From: an uncultured archaeon
GTDB taxonomy: Archaea > Asgardarchaeota > Thorarchaeia > Thorarchaeales > CAZPUN01
DNA length: 28,764 nt
Reading direction: 5' to 3'
Assembly (NCBI GenBank): GCA_964589775.1
Contig: CAZPUN010000031.1
Coordinates: forward strand, 1-28,764
The notes under the pieces were generated by a model. The model was given only the letters and a program-made list of their open reading frames with translations. It did not search any database and was not told the origin of the DNA. Position numbers and translations under genes: made by a program. Each line of letters starts with the position of its first letter. The stretch's first letter is position 1. Of this stretch, positions 1-9,954 are shown piece by piece.

Positions 1-1089
1 GTAGTAGATCTAGATGATTATGAGCAAGTTGCGAATTGGATCTTAAGTGGAATTAGTTTAGAAAATAGATTATATCTCGCGAGAAAAGCATTTGAGCACG
101 TTGCGGAGTATGATATTCGCATAGCACACTATTTCCAGAAATTACAGAACATATCGCTACCGGACACGGTCTTAATTACTGGAAGAAAAGCAATGGACTT
201 ACGATATGGTGAAAATCCACATCAATCAGCAGCATATTATCTGATACCTGATGACTCAACTGGAAAATTCTTCGAGCAATTATCAGGAAAATTAGTCTCA
301 TATAATAACATGTTAGATTATACAGTAGGTCTTAGAATTTTAAAGGAATTCAAAGAACCCACGGCTGTAATTATTAAACACACTTCACCGTGTGGAGTCG
401 CAAATGGAAAAACATTAGAAGAAGCATTTGACTTCGCATTTGATACAGACAATATTTCAGCATTTGGAAGTATAATGGCATTTAACAGAAAAATCGAACT
501 CCCTTTGGCTAAAAAATTACACAAAATGTTCGTAGATGGAATTATCGCTCCAGATTATGATGAGGACGCATTTAAAATATTGAAGAAAAAGAAAAAGCTC
601 ATGCTGCTGAAATACAAACCATATGCCCTGCAAACATGGGAAATTTCCAGAGTCCCAGGCGGATTTATTGTACAAGATGCAGACCATCGCGAACTTACAA
701 GAGATGATTTGATCTTCGTTTCTGAAAAGAAACCCACTGAAGAGCAATTACGAGATTTAATGTGGGCATGGAAAATCGTAAGAAATGTAAAAAGTAATGC
801 CGCAGTAATCGCAACAGGAACACGAACATTAGGAATTGCAGCTGGTAAAAGCTCACGCATTGATGCTGTAAAATTTGCGGGAGTAAAAGCCGGAGAACGC
901 GCAAGAGGAGCCGTATTAGCCTCAGATGCATTCTTCCCATATCCTGATAGTGTTCAACACGCTCATGAATTAGGTATCGCAGCTGTAATTGCACCGGGTG
1001 GCTCTATTAGAGATCAATTAAGTATAGATGCCGCAAATGAACTAGGGATTCCTTTAGTATTTACCAAAATAAGAAGTTTCAGACATTAA
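1..1089 (+). CDS. purH: Bifunctional AICAR transformylase/IMP cyclohydrolase, 5'-truncated by the window edge
   Basis: Frame is open from base 1 (VVDLDDYEQV...LARKAFEHVAEYD). PurH motifs: LRYGENPHQ, SYNN, IIKHTSPCG, VKSNA, ASDAFFP, PGGSIRD, C-terminal RSFRH. Confidence 0.95.
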   Translation, partial: VVDLDDYEQVANWILSGISLENRLYLARKAFEHVAEYDIRIAHYFQKLQNISLPDTVLITGRKAMDLRYGENPHQSAAYYLIPDDSTGKFFEQLSGKLVSYNNMLDYTVGLRILKEFKEPTAVIIKHTSPCGVANGKTLEEAFDFAFDTDNISAFGSIMAFNRKIELPLAKKLHKMFVDGIIAPDYDEDAFKILKKKKKLMLLKYKPYALQTWEISRVPGGFIVQDADHRELTRDDLIFVSEKKPTEEQLRDLMWAWKIVRNVKSNAAVIATGTRTLGIAAGKSSRIDAVKFAGVKAGERARGAVLASDAFFPYPDSVQHAHELGIAAVIAPGGSIRDQLSIDAANELGIPLVFTKIRSFRH

Positions 1090-1113
1090 AACAAATATGA
1101 AGGACTAGAACTT

Positions 1114-1575
1114 CTAGTCCTTATCTCCTAGTAATTCGCCAAGATAATATATACCGTTCAGGAGTATTGATGCTATAAGAATATACGTGAATTTTGAGAA
1201 ATCAATAATTAATGTCATACCGCCCATAGATGCCGAAATAATACTATTTCCGAGAACCTTAAGCATATAATAACCAGTTAAAGTTACTTGTATTAGACCT
1301 GCAAGACCATGAAAACGCGTGTCAGGTACTGTGTAGCCCATCAGAAATGCAGAAATTATAAGAAAAACACCGGTTCCTGTGATATTTTCAGTCATTCCAG
1401 TAGGTAATCCAATACTCGGATAATTATTGTTTATATAATTCACAATATAATAAGGTGCAACAACATAGGATATCGCTGCAAAGAACATAGACATAATTCC
1501 TTTAAATGCTGATGGCTTTTTCGCTTTTTCTTTGATTTCTTCAAGTTCTTCGGTCTTTTCTTTCTTCTTTCCCAT
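1114..1575 (-). CDS. Hypothetical membrane protein (about 4 TM, charged N-terminus)
   Basis: 153-aa ORF, GGAGG SD upstream, four hydrophobic segments, 11 bp downstream of the preceding minus-strand gene. Confidence 0.8.
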   Translation of the reverse strand: MGKKKEKTEELEEIKEKAKKPSAFKGIMSMFFAAISYVVAPYYIVNYINNNYPSIGLPTGMTENITGTGVFLIISAFLMGYTVPDTRFHGLAGLIQVTLTGYYMLKVLGNSIISASMGGMTLIIDFSKFTYILIASILLNGIYYLGELLGDKD

Positions 1576-1586
1576 TGATACTCCTC

Positions 1587-2372
1587 CTATGGAACTACAT
1601 AGTTCTTCTCATCGAGAACTACGTTAAGTGGTGGTGCATGCATCCAAATAATATCAAGAATATCTCCAGATGTCGGTTTTGGAATATATATGTCAAAATG
1701 ACCATTAGTCGTTGAAGATGCCGTCAAGTTTGTTGGAAATACGTCAAGTCCAATAATTGTGTTTGTTTTGTTGACCTGTAGTACAAAATATGCAGTATAT
1801 GCCATAGGCATTTGGTTTGTAATTCGGTAATCTTGACGTAATAGAGAATGCGTCGAATTATATGAAGTAATAGTTGTTGTAAGAAGTTCTGCAGAAGCCA
1901 TGGGAGCAGGCCAATTTATAGACAGTGGAGTAATTACTTCAATACCAAATAAACTAAAAGCATATCTACCCTTAAAACTGAAATTACCATTTAGCGTATC
2001 AGAATGAAATAGATTATAATATGCATGGTCTTGTATCCATCGCGTGAAGTTTATTTCAAGATCGATATTTCCAGAAAAAGTAGTTCCATGCTTTATAGTA
2101 ATAGGAGTACTACTGGAATTGATCATAAGATAGCCAGTAGAATTCCATAGCGTGACTCTTAATGTTAAATCTTCAACATCATAAAGTCCATTATTCATTA
2201 TTTCTAAAGGGATACTCAATGCCACTCCATTTTCAGTCTGTATAAATGTTGCATTTCCAGTAACACGTATATTAAAATTGTCAGGCATCATGGAATATGC
2301 AATTGTTCCCATTAGAATCACAATGCCGATTGTAATCAATCCTGAGAGCTGCTTAAATGTTTTTTTCATCAT
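1587..2372 (-). CDS. Membrane-anchored extracellular beta-sandwich protein (LEA_2/Ig-like)
   Basis: N-terminal signal/TM helix, LEA_2-like 'IPLEIMNNGLYDVEDL' pattern, many N-x-S/T sequons. Start moved to ATG 2372 behind GAGGAG. Confidence 0.7.
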   Translation of the reverse strand: MMKKTFKQLSGLITIGIVILMGTIAYSMMPDNFNIRVTGNATFIQTENGVALSIPLEIMNNGLYDVEDLTLRVTLWNSTGYLMINSSSTPITIKHGTTFSGNIDLEINFTRWIQDHAYYNLFHSDTLNGNFSFKGRYAFSLFGIEVITPLSINWPAPMASAELLTTTITSYNSTHSLLRQDYRITNQMPMAYTAYFVLQVNKTNTIIGLDVFPTNLTASSTTNGHFDIYIPKPTSGDILDIIWMHAPPLNVVLDEKNYVVP

Positions 2373-2768
2373 CTCTCTCCTCAGATTCAAGTTCGTATTT
2401 TTATAGTAATTATATACAAATGAATACTAATAAATATATTTCATCTCTTAATTTACAAAATCGAACTTATCTAAATGATAATCTTTTCAATATATAATAT
2501 CAGTATTGCTATAAATGATTCTTATTTTGATTGTGAACCACACGATGCACAACTATTTGTATTATATAAAATGTATTCCAAGCTTGAAATAATAAATAAC
2601 ATACAATCCAATGAAAATTGAATCGCCAAATTATTCAAATACAAGGTAAAATGTATTCGAAATAAAATGACAAGATTTCAATTCAAAACATAGTAGAAGA
2701 TTTATAACATGAATCAATTGCATACATTCTGTAGATTGTTCATCGATAAATATTGAGGCTGAAGAAAA

Positions 2769-3389
2769 TTGGAAAATATAAAATCACGACAAGAGATAAT
2801 AACAGAACTTCATAAAATAAACGCAATAAAATTTGGAGATTTCAAGCTTAGTTCAGGTAAACATAGTGTTTATTACTTAGACCTTAGAATTATACCATCG
2901 TATCCGGATCTATATTCATCAATATGTAATTTGATCGCAGAATATCTTGATTCAACAGGTTTAAAATCTAAAATTGATGTAATCGCAGGTGTTCCCGTAG
3001 CAGGATTAAGTTATTCGTCACTTGTAGCATATTTGATACACAAACCATTGATATTTGTAAGAAATGAGCGCAAAAAGCATGGAACTCAAAAGCAGGTCGA
3101 GGGCATTTTCAATAAAGGCGATAATGCATTAGTAATCGATGACGTATTAACCACAGGAGGAAGCTTGAAAAAATCAATTTCCGTCTTAAAAGATGAAGAC
3201 TTACAAGTTTCAGATGCGATCATTCTGGTAAACCGAGAAGAAGGTGGCATGGAAAATCTCAAGGAAATAGGTGTTAAAGTCCATAGCTTATTTACAATAA
3301 GTGAAATTGCAGAAACCTTAAGGAAACTAAATAGAATTACTGATGAAGAAGTTATAAAAATTCGAAAACAAATAAGAGGAGAAAATTAG
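2769..3389 (+). CDS. pyrE: Orotate phosphoribosyltransferase
   Basis: FGDFKLSSGKHSVYYLDLR, RNERKKHG, PRPP-binding motif VIDDVLTTGGS. Confidence 0.95.
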   Translation: MENIKSRQEIITELHKINAIKFGDFKLSSGKHSVYYLDLRIIPSYPDLYSSICNLIAEYLDSTGLKSKIDVIAGVPVAGLSYSSLVAYLIHKPLIFVRNERKKHGTQKQVEGIFNKGDNALVIDDVLTTGGSLKKSISVLKDEDLQVSDAIILVNREEGGMENLKEIGVKVHSLFTISEIAETLRKLNRITDEEVIKIRKQIRGEN

Positions 3390-3982
3390 ACATTAAGCAC
3401 TTCTTCATCTATTTCATAACCTTCAGGGATTCTTAACGTTCCCAATTCATACAATTTTTTCATTACTTTAAAGGCTGCTTCCTCAATCTGATTCTCATAT
3501 TTTGCCCCTGTAATAACAATCTTGCCACTCCCAAAAATCAAAATGACGACTTTTGGATCTCTCATTCGATGTATAATACTTGGAAATTGTTCAGGTTCGT
3601 AAAGAGCAGACTCCATTGTCAATGCAGCTTTTTCTAGATTTACTTCACATTGTAGATCCGCACTTGCGACTATGTTTTGAATTTTTACAGTTGGCTCATT
3701 TGATATTCGAATGTCTGCAGATTTAAGATTCAAGATAATTTTCTTTACAGCTTTATGTGCTTCTTCTACACTCTTTGCGCCTGTGCAAACCATCTTGCCA
3801 GTCCTAAATATTAAGGTTGATGTCTTTGGTCTCTTCAAGCTGTAAATCACTGCCGGAAAGAGTTCCGGGTCATATCTAATATTACTCATAGTCGCAGCAA
3901 TTTCGTCTAGGTCTAAATCCTCATTTAATATTACAGAGGCAACTACATTTTCTATTCTGGTTGTTGGTCGAAGTTTTTGCAT
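3386..3982 (-). CDS. tbp: TATA-box-binding protein
   Basis: Two TBP repeats: IENVVAS...YDPELFP...LIFRTGKMVCTGAKS and IQNIVAS...YEPEQFP...LIFGSGKIVITGAK. Acidic tail. Overlaps the pyrE end by 4 bp (convergent). Confidence 0.96.
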   Translation of the reverse strand: MQKLRPTTRIENVVASVILNEDLDLDEIAATMSNIRYDPELFPAVIYSLKRPKTSTLIFRTGKMVCTGAKSVEEAHKAVKKIILNLKSADIRISNEPTVKIQNIVASADLQCEVNLEKAALTMESALYEPEQFPSIIHRMRDPKVVILIFGSGKIVITGAKYENQIEEAAFKVMKKLYELGTLRIPEGYEIDEEVLNV

Positions 3983-4190
3983 GAAGACTCCTCTCTGGGT
4001 CTCTCTTAAATTTTTATAATTATAAAAGCTATATAAACATTATAGGTGCGATTCAATACTACTAATATAGCGACTTATACTAGTATATATGTTTTATGTG
4101 CTTAATTTTTTATTAACTTTGGATTATATAAATAGTTCGTTTCGTAGGTTAATTGACCTACAGTATCAATATACAAAAAATAATATGCGC

Positions 4191-4655
4191 TCAAAATATC
4201 ATCGATGGAAGCCTCTTAATTGTGTTTAATATCAATTTAGTATAGGTTCGCTCAACAAATTCCATCTTTTGTAATTCCTTAACAAATTTGTCTAGTTCTT
4301 TTCGTTCTCTGAAAACCGCAAGAATTGAAATATCAAACTCACCGGTTATATCATACACAGCAATAACATTATCATTTTGCGCAATTTTCCTTTCTACTTC
4401 AAATAGTTTGCCCTTGCTCACATTTACATCAATAATCACGGGAAAATCAAATCCCAATTTTTGATAATCGATATTTAATGTATAACCGCGGATGATCCCT
4501 AAACTTTCCATCTTTTTAATTCTTGATATAACAGTTGATGTGGCTATGTTTAAAATTTGAGATATTTTACGCGAAGACCTTCTTGCATCTTCTTTTAACA
4601 ATTCAAGAATTCTTTGATCTAGCGGATCTAAATTGAACATATGTTCAGATTTCAT
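4191..4655 (-). CDS. Lrp/AsnC family transcriptional regulator
   Basis: LDPLDQRILELLKEDARRS HTH region, RIKKMESLGIIRGYT, and RAM-domain YDITGEFD. Confidence 0.93.
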   Translation of the reverse strand: MKSEHMFNLDPLDQRILELLKEDARRSSRKISQILNIATSTVISRIKKMESLGIIRGYTLNIDYQKLGFDFPVIIDVNVSKGKLFEVERKIAQNDNVIAVYDITGEFDISILAVFRERKELDKFVKELQKMEFVERTYTKLILNTIKRLPSMIF

Positions 4656-4784
4656 TTTCTCAGCAACCTTTATTTAGACATTTATTTTATTTTTATTGTT
4701 AAAATTGTATAAATGTTTTTATTTTCATACATTAATTTAATATATTTTTTGTAAATATGATTCGTATTATTCAATTGATTTATA

Positions 4785-6119
4785 ATGGAGGCTAATAATT
4801 TGAATGAAACTTTATTTAATGAAGCAAAAAGCAAAGGCATAAAATACATTCATTTGCAATTTACAGACCTATATGGATCGTTTAGAACAATCACTACTAC
4901 AATAGAGCATTTAGAAAAAAACATGAGTGATGGAATTGGCCTTGATGGCAGTAGCATTAAAGGATTCACAAACATCGAGGACAGCGACCTATTACTATTT
5001 CCGATAGCCGACACATTTAAGCAACTACCGTGGAATGAAAGGGGTGCAAGAGTGACTTGTGAGATTATGCGGACGAATGGAGAACATTTTGAAGGGGATC
5101 CACGATATAAGTTGAGAGAATTTTTGGAACGCGTTCGGAAAGATTTCGGATTCGAGTATTTTGTAGGTCCAGAAATAGAATTTTTCATACTTAATGGGCA
5201 AAGACCTGCAGATAATGCGAATTACTATGCATCACTATCAACAGACAAATATGCGGATTTACGACTTGAAATTGGAGATAACATAAGACACTTTGATATA
5301 ATTCCAGAATGCTTCCATCATGAAGTAGCACCAGGACAACATGAAATCAACATACGATATGATAATGCATTGGACATGGCAGATAAGATTCAAATTCATA
5401 AGTTTGTAATTAGACATATTGCATCAAAACACGATCTAATAGCCACATTTATGCCAAAGCCGTTCAAAAAAGAAAATGGCTCGGGCATGCATGTCCATCA
5501 GAGTTTATTTAATATAAACACAGGGAAAAATGTTTTTGGCGATGAAACAGGTCTTTCTGAGATTGGACAATATTTCACTGGGGGATTATTAAAATATGCA
5601 AAATTAATTACAGCTATAACTTCACCTACAGTGAATAGTTACAAAAGATTAGTACCGGGATTTGAGGCACCAGTTTATATTGCATGGGATTATGGGAACA
5701 GAAGTACATTAATTCGAGTCCCGAAATATTCCACAAAATCATGTAATACTATACGAATAGAATATAGAAGTCCAGATCCGTTAAGCAATCCATATCTCGT
5801 ATTTCTCGTTATGCTAGCGGCGGGAATTCAAGGAATTAAGGAAAGAATCGAACCTCCAGAAAGAATTAGCAAAAACATATACCATCTAACGGAGCATGAA
5901 CGAAAGCAGTCGAACATTGATACATTACCGGGCTCATTAGAGGAAGCTGTAAATGAGTTTAAAAAAGCCACATTTCTAAAAAATACATTAGGCGTACGAT
6001 TATACGATTCATTAACCACAGTTATGATGAAAGAATGGGAATCATATGCGTCAGCAGTTCAGGAACCATATTCGAAAGATATAACAGATTGGGAATACGA
6101 GCATTATTTATATATGTAA
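4785..6119 (+). CDS. glnA: Glutamine synthetase type I
   Basis: DGSSI, GPEIEFF, HHEVAPGQHE, FMPKP, NGSGMHVHQSL, NSYKRLVPGFEAP, NRSTLIRVP, RIEYRSPDP. Confidence 0.95.
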   Translation: MEANNLNETLFNEAKSKGIKYIHLQFTDLYGSFRTITTTIEHLEKNMSDGIGLDGSSIKGFTNIEDSDLLLFPIADTFKQLPWNERGARVTCEIMRTNGEHFEGDPRYKLREFLERVRKDFGFEYFVGPEIEFFILNGQRPADNANYYASLSTDKYADLRLEIGDNIRHFDIIPECFHHEVAPGQHEINIRYDNALDMADKIQIHKFVIRHIASKHDLIATFMPKPFKKENGSGMHVHQSLFNINTGKNVFGDETGLSEIGQYFTGGLLKYAKLITAITSPTVNSYKRLVPGFEAPVYIAWDYGNRSTLIRVPKYSTKSCNTIRIEYRSPDPLSNPYLVFLVMLAAGIQGIKERIEPPERISKNIYHLTEHERKQSNIDTLPGSLEEAVNEFKKATFLKNTLGVRLYDSLTTVMMKEWESYASAVQEPYSKDITDWEYEHYLYM

Positions 6120-6267
6120 TCAGAAAGAAATGATTTTTTTATTAATTCCAATATTATTTATTGAAAATTACAAGAGACCAATCATGCTTTCTGATTTTTT
6201 GACCCTAATAATTTATTTAGTAGTTCAAACATATCATAAATTAGAGTCGACCAATGAGGCTGAGTAT

Positions 6268-7269
6268 ATGACCGAGGACGAAATAAAAGAGATCACAGAC
6301 GTTATCGGCCCGATAAAGTTATCAAATAAAAAATTACTTTTGGCACTCATAATAGCATTCATAATATACATTGTCAGCGCTGCAATATTAATGATGGCTC
6401 TTCATTTTGGTGGTTTCATAACTATTACTATGGATAACATATTTCAATACGCAAATTACATAGGAATTGGATATTTTATAGCAATCTTTCTGGGGCTCAT
6501 AATCTCGCTTATTCCGTTAAAGTTTCCGGGAACTGTATCATTCATATTAAAAATTCATAGATTTTTCAAAAGAAAGCCGGGATATTACTTCATAAGTCCT
6601 TCAAAAGTTGAATGCGATCTTGAACAAATAGTTAGAAGATCGTTATATGGATCAATCCTAATTACGGGAATCGGGCTTACGCTAATGGACCCTGAGTTTG
6701 TAATGGCATCAACTACTGAGCAACAAATAATGACATTAGGATATTACATTGTACAGGCAACTGGCTTATTATTTCCATTCATAATGCTTCTTTTCTATAA
6801 TGCGCCATGGGTCTTGAAGGATGCAGGACTATTTCACTTGGATTACCATGACCGTTCATTGAGCAATGTTGGTGATGACATTGAAGACCTTCTGGAATTC
6901 TTTGCAGGAATTGACATTGCTCTTGCAATAATTGAATTCTACTTTAATACGAATTTAATTGATACAGTACTTTTGCTTACACTATCATTAGGAGCATTAC
7001 TAGCAATTGTAATGGTATTCACGACTATGTTTTTCATCATTAGGCAGAAATTAGTCTATAGGATCGTAAAGCACCTGAAATCAAAAGACATAGATGATGT
7101 CATACATAATGAAGACAGAGTACAAAGGGAATTATATAAAATAATAAAGATGGAGCTACATTCAGAAAGTGCGCCATTAGAAACAACAGAGAACACTGAA
7201 GAAAATGTTTCAGAAAATATTGACGAAAAAGCAAGTACAACCATGACAGATATTGAAAATAAGGAATAA
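6268..7269 (+). CDS. Hypothetical multi-pass membrane protein (about 6 TM) with acidic C-terminal tail
   Basis: Long ORF with hydrophobic helices. Start likely ATG 6268 (MTEDEIKE) rather than 6130, because the extension runs over the T-rich region after glnA. Confidence 0.75.
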   Translation: MTEDEIKEITDVIGPIKLSNKKLLLALIIAFIIYIVSAAILMMALHFGGFITITMDNIFQYANYIGIGYFIAIFLGLIISLIPLKFPGTVSFILKIHRFFKRKPGYYFISPSKVECDLEQIVRRSLYGSILITGIGLTLMDPEFVMASTTEQQIMTLGYYIVQATGLLFPFIMLLFYNAPWVLKDAGLFHLDYHDRSLSNVGDDIEDLLEFFAGIDIALAIIEFYFNTNLIDTVLLLTLSLGALLAIVMVFTTMFFIIRQKLVYRIVKHLKSKDIDDVIHNEDRVQRELYKIIKMELHSESAPLETTENTEENVSENIDEKASTTMTDIENKE

Positions 7270-7399
7270 ATAAACCGTTTTTTATTTTCTTTTTATTTTT
7301 AAGTACGTATTGTTTCAAAAAAATGCAAGTATAAGAATCAAAACAAATAATAAATGAATAAACAATTATATTACTTGATTAAGATAAGGGAGTAAAACA

Positions 7400-8026
7400 A
7401 TGCCCAAAACATTGCCTTTTGAGTTATATACACGAAAATATGAAATTTGGTTTGAAGAAAATATACCACTATATCTTTCTGAGCTTAATTTGTTGAAAGA
7501 ACTCATACACGGAGATATGACTATAGAAGTAGGCTGTGGCTCTGGAAGATTCGCAATCCCATTAGGTATAAAAATAGGAATAGAACCTTCTTACAAAATG
7601 GCAGGGCTATCTCGAGCAAAAGGACTTGACGTTATAATAGGTATTGCAGAATCAATTCCACTAATGGATGAAATTGCAGATACCGTGCTTATGGTTACCA
7701 CGATCTGTTTTGTAGACGATGTAATAAAATCCTTAATGGAAATATATCGCATTTTAAAAAGAAATGGAAAAGTTGTTATCGGATTTGTTGATAGAGATTC
7801 TGAACTTGGCAAATTTTACGAATCAATAAAGGATAAGAATCCATTTTATAAATATGCCAAATTTTTTTCGTGCAGCGACGTTATAAATTTCCTAAAATCT
7901 ACAGGATTCAAAGATATTAGAACATATCAGACTCTTTTTGGAAGCATAGACCGCATTGCTGAGAAGCAGCAGTTTCAAGAAGGCTGTGGTAAAGGCGGCT
8001 TTGTCGCAATTTCAGCTTCTAAATAA
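7400..8026 (+). CDS. Class I SAM-dependent methyltransferase
   Basis: Motif I EVGCGSG, GIEPS, 'AESIP', TICFVDD, EIYRILK. Confidence 0.9.
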   Translation: MPKTLPFELYTRKYEIWFEENIPLYLSELNLLKELIHGDMTIEVGCGSGRFAIPLGIKIGIEPSYKMAGLSRAKGLDVIIGIAESIPLMDEIADTVLMVTTICFVDDVIKSLMEIYRILKRNGKVVIGFVDRDSELGKFYESIKDKNPFYKYAKFFSCSDVINFLKSTGFKDIRTYQTLFGSIDRIAEKQQFQEGCGKGGFVAISASK

Positions 8027-8079
8027 GAAATTTTTGGCACCACAGAATATAACATCAAAATTTTTGCTAATTGCCTAAG

Positions 8080-8087
8080 TTTATATA
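8080..8087 (+). promoter_or_regulatory. Putative archaeal TATA box for pyk
   Basis: TTTATATA about 36 bp upstream of the ATG, followed by GAGGGG SD. The AT-rich background limits certainty. Confidence 0.45.
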
Positions 8088-8123
8088 ATTGAAACCAATA
8101 ATATAGATTATGAGGGGCTGAAA

Positions 8124-9557
8124 ATGGTAGTTGATAAAGTTAGAACAAAAATTGTATGTACGATAGGCCCTGCATCAGAATCAAAAGAAATTTTGTCTCA
8201 GATGATTGAGGCAGGAATGGATGTAGTACGTCTAAACCTTTCTCATGGTAGCCATGCAGACGTAAAAAAGCGATTTGAACTCATTCGAGAAATAGATGAT
8301 ACGATTCCGATCTTATTCGACTTACAAGGACCAAAAATACGTATAGGAGAAATTAAGAAGCCAACAGAATTAAAGACGGGACAGGAATTTGTTTTATCCA
8401 TTGAAGATTTTGTAGGAGATAATACTGCAGCTTCTATATCATACAAACACTTACCCAAAGACGTAAAGCCGGGAGATGTCATCGCAGTAAATGATGGAAT
8501 TATCAGATTGCGAGTGAAACAAGTTTCAGATGTAGAAATTGTAACAAATGTTGAGCATGGAGGGCCCATTTCAAGTAGAAAAGGCGTAAATGTGCCAGGT
8601 ATAAGACTTACTATGCGAATTCCTACAGAAAAAGATTTGAAAGATTTGGATCTTGCTGCTGAATTGGAACCTGATTTTATTGCATTATCATTCGTTATGG
8701 ATGATGAAGATATTAGAAATATGCGGAAAGAAATGGCTGCAAGAGGTATCCCAAATATTCCGGTAATAAGCAAGATCGAACATGGATTAGCTGTAAAAAA
8801 TTATGACCGAATACTAAAGGAATCCTATGGGATAATGATTGCTAGAGGCGACTTAGGGATCGAAGTACCTATAGAACAAGTGCCAATTCTTCAAAGAGAA
8901 CTTATTAGAAAAGCCAACATTTGGGCACGACCAACAATTGTCGCAACACATATGCTAGAATCCATGACTCATGAGCCATTACCTACACGAGCTGAAGTTA
9001 GTGATGTTGCACATGCAGTATTTGATAGAGCAGATGCAGTCATGCTAAGTGGAGAAACAGCAGTTGGAGACTATCCAGTAAAAACAGTTTCAATGATGAA
9101 TAAGATCGTACGCACTGCCGAGGAAACATTACCACCCGTAGATCCACATTCAGTAACTTCTGAACGCAGAATGATTGTAGAAATTATAGGCGATCTTGTG
9201 TACAATGTTCTCAACCTTATACCCGATAAAGTAGCAGGAATAATCACAGCAACACGGACCGGATATACCCCGCGATGGATTTCAAAATATAGACCGCCTG
9301 CAAATATTTTCGCAGTAGTCACGAGCAAAGAAGTAATGCGACGAACACGAATATTATGGGGCGTAGTACCTGTGCTATATACAAAAGAAGAACGTAATGT
9401 AGACGATTTAATCAAAGCTTCCGTAAATGTAGTTTATAGCCAAGGCTTAATAGGTTTAGACAAAGACATTGTATTCACTTCAGGAACAAGACTGATTCCT
9501 GGAAGAACAAATCTTGTCGGCGTTTTCCACGTAAAAGACCTTGTAGAGGCTTTTTAG
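8124..9557 (+). CDS. pyk: Pyruvate kinase
   Basis: TKIVCTIGPAS, RLNLSHG, DLQGPKIR, SKIE, MIARGDLG, PTRAEVSDV, DAVMLSGETA. Confidence 0.97.
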   Translation: MVVDKVRTKIVCTIGPASESKEILSQMIEAGMDVVRLNLSHGSHADVKKRFELIREIDDTIPILFDLQGPKIRIGEIKKPTELKTGQEFVLSIEDFVGDNTAASISYKHLPKDVKPGDVIAVNDGIIRLRVKQVSDVEIVTNVEHGGPISSRKGVNVPGIRLTMRIPTEKDLKDLDLAAELEPDFIALSFVMDDEDIRNMRKEMAARGIPNIPVISKIEHGLAVKNYDRILKESYGIMIARGDLGIEVPIEQVPILQRELIRKANIWARPTIVATHMLESMTHEPLPTRAEVSDVAHAVFDRADAVMLSGETAVGDYPVKTVSMMNKIVRTAEETLPPVDPHSVTSERRMIVEIIGDLVYNVLNLIPDKVAGIITATRTGYTPRWISKYRPPANIFAVVTSKEVMRRTRILWGVVPVLYTKEERNVDDLIKASVNVVYSQGLIGLDKDIVFTSGTRLIPGRTNLVGVFHVKDLVEAF

Positions 9558-9582
9558 TTTCCTTTTTACTATTTTTTTATTG
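9558..9582 (+). terminator. Oligo-T tract after pyk (archaeal-type terminator candidate)
   Basis: TTTCCTTTTTACTATTTTTTTATT immediately after the stop codon. Confidence 0.45.
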
Positions 9583-9954
9583 AAAAAGCCCTAGATTATT
9601 ATACTCATTCCTTTATCACAATAATGAATTTGATCTGCAATTTTTTTGAAGCATCAAAAGCCTCGAGAGAGCAAAATCTGTTTCGCTATCATAAATATAT
9701 ACTCGGGATTATTTCCAAATTGGTTCTTATGAATTTTATTTGAAGAATTGATTTTTCAACTTTTGACCACCTAGTTGAGAAATATTCATTGGACAGGGGT
9801 TCACTCAAATTGCTCCAGAGGCTTTCAGATTAAAGTTCACTTTTTCATTATACAAACGTATTTAAAAATCCAAATATGAGACATAGTATGCATTATTTAA
9901 ATAAAATATAAAGGCAATTTTTTAGACTAACAAATGACAAATAAAAAATAATGA

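Noticed and set aside
2391-2768. tRNA or box C/D sRNA in the long divergent intergenic region
   Set aside because: AT-rich, with no cloverleaf, no GC stem and no convincing RUGAUGA/CUGA pair. It is consistent with divergent promoters.
6130-6267. N-terminal extension of the membrane protein after glnA
   Set aside because: It spans the T-rich terminator/promoter-like region. The downstream ATG 6268 is more plausible.
9790-9830. Origin recognition box (ORB)-like sequence (GGGGT, TCCAGAGG)
   Set aside because: A single poor match, with no repeats and no adjacent orc1/cdc6.
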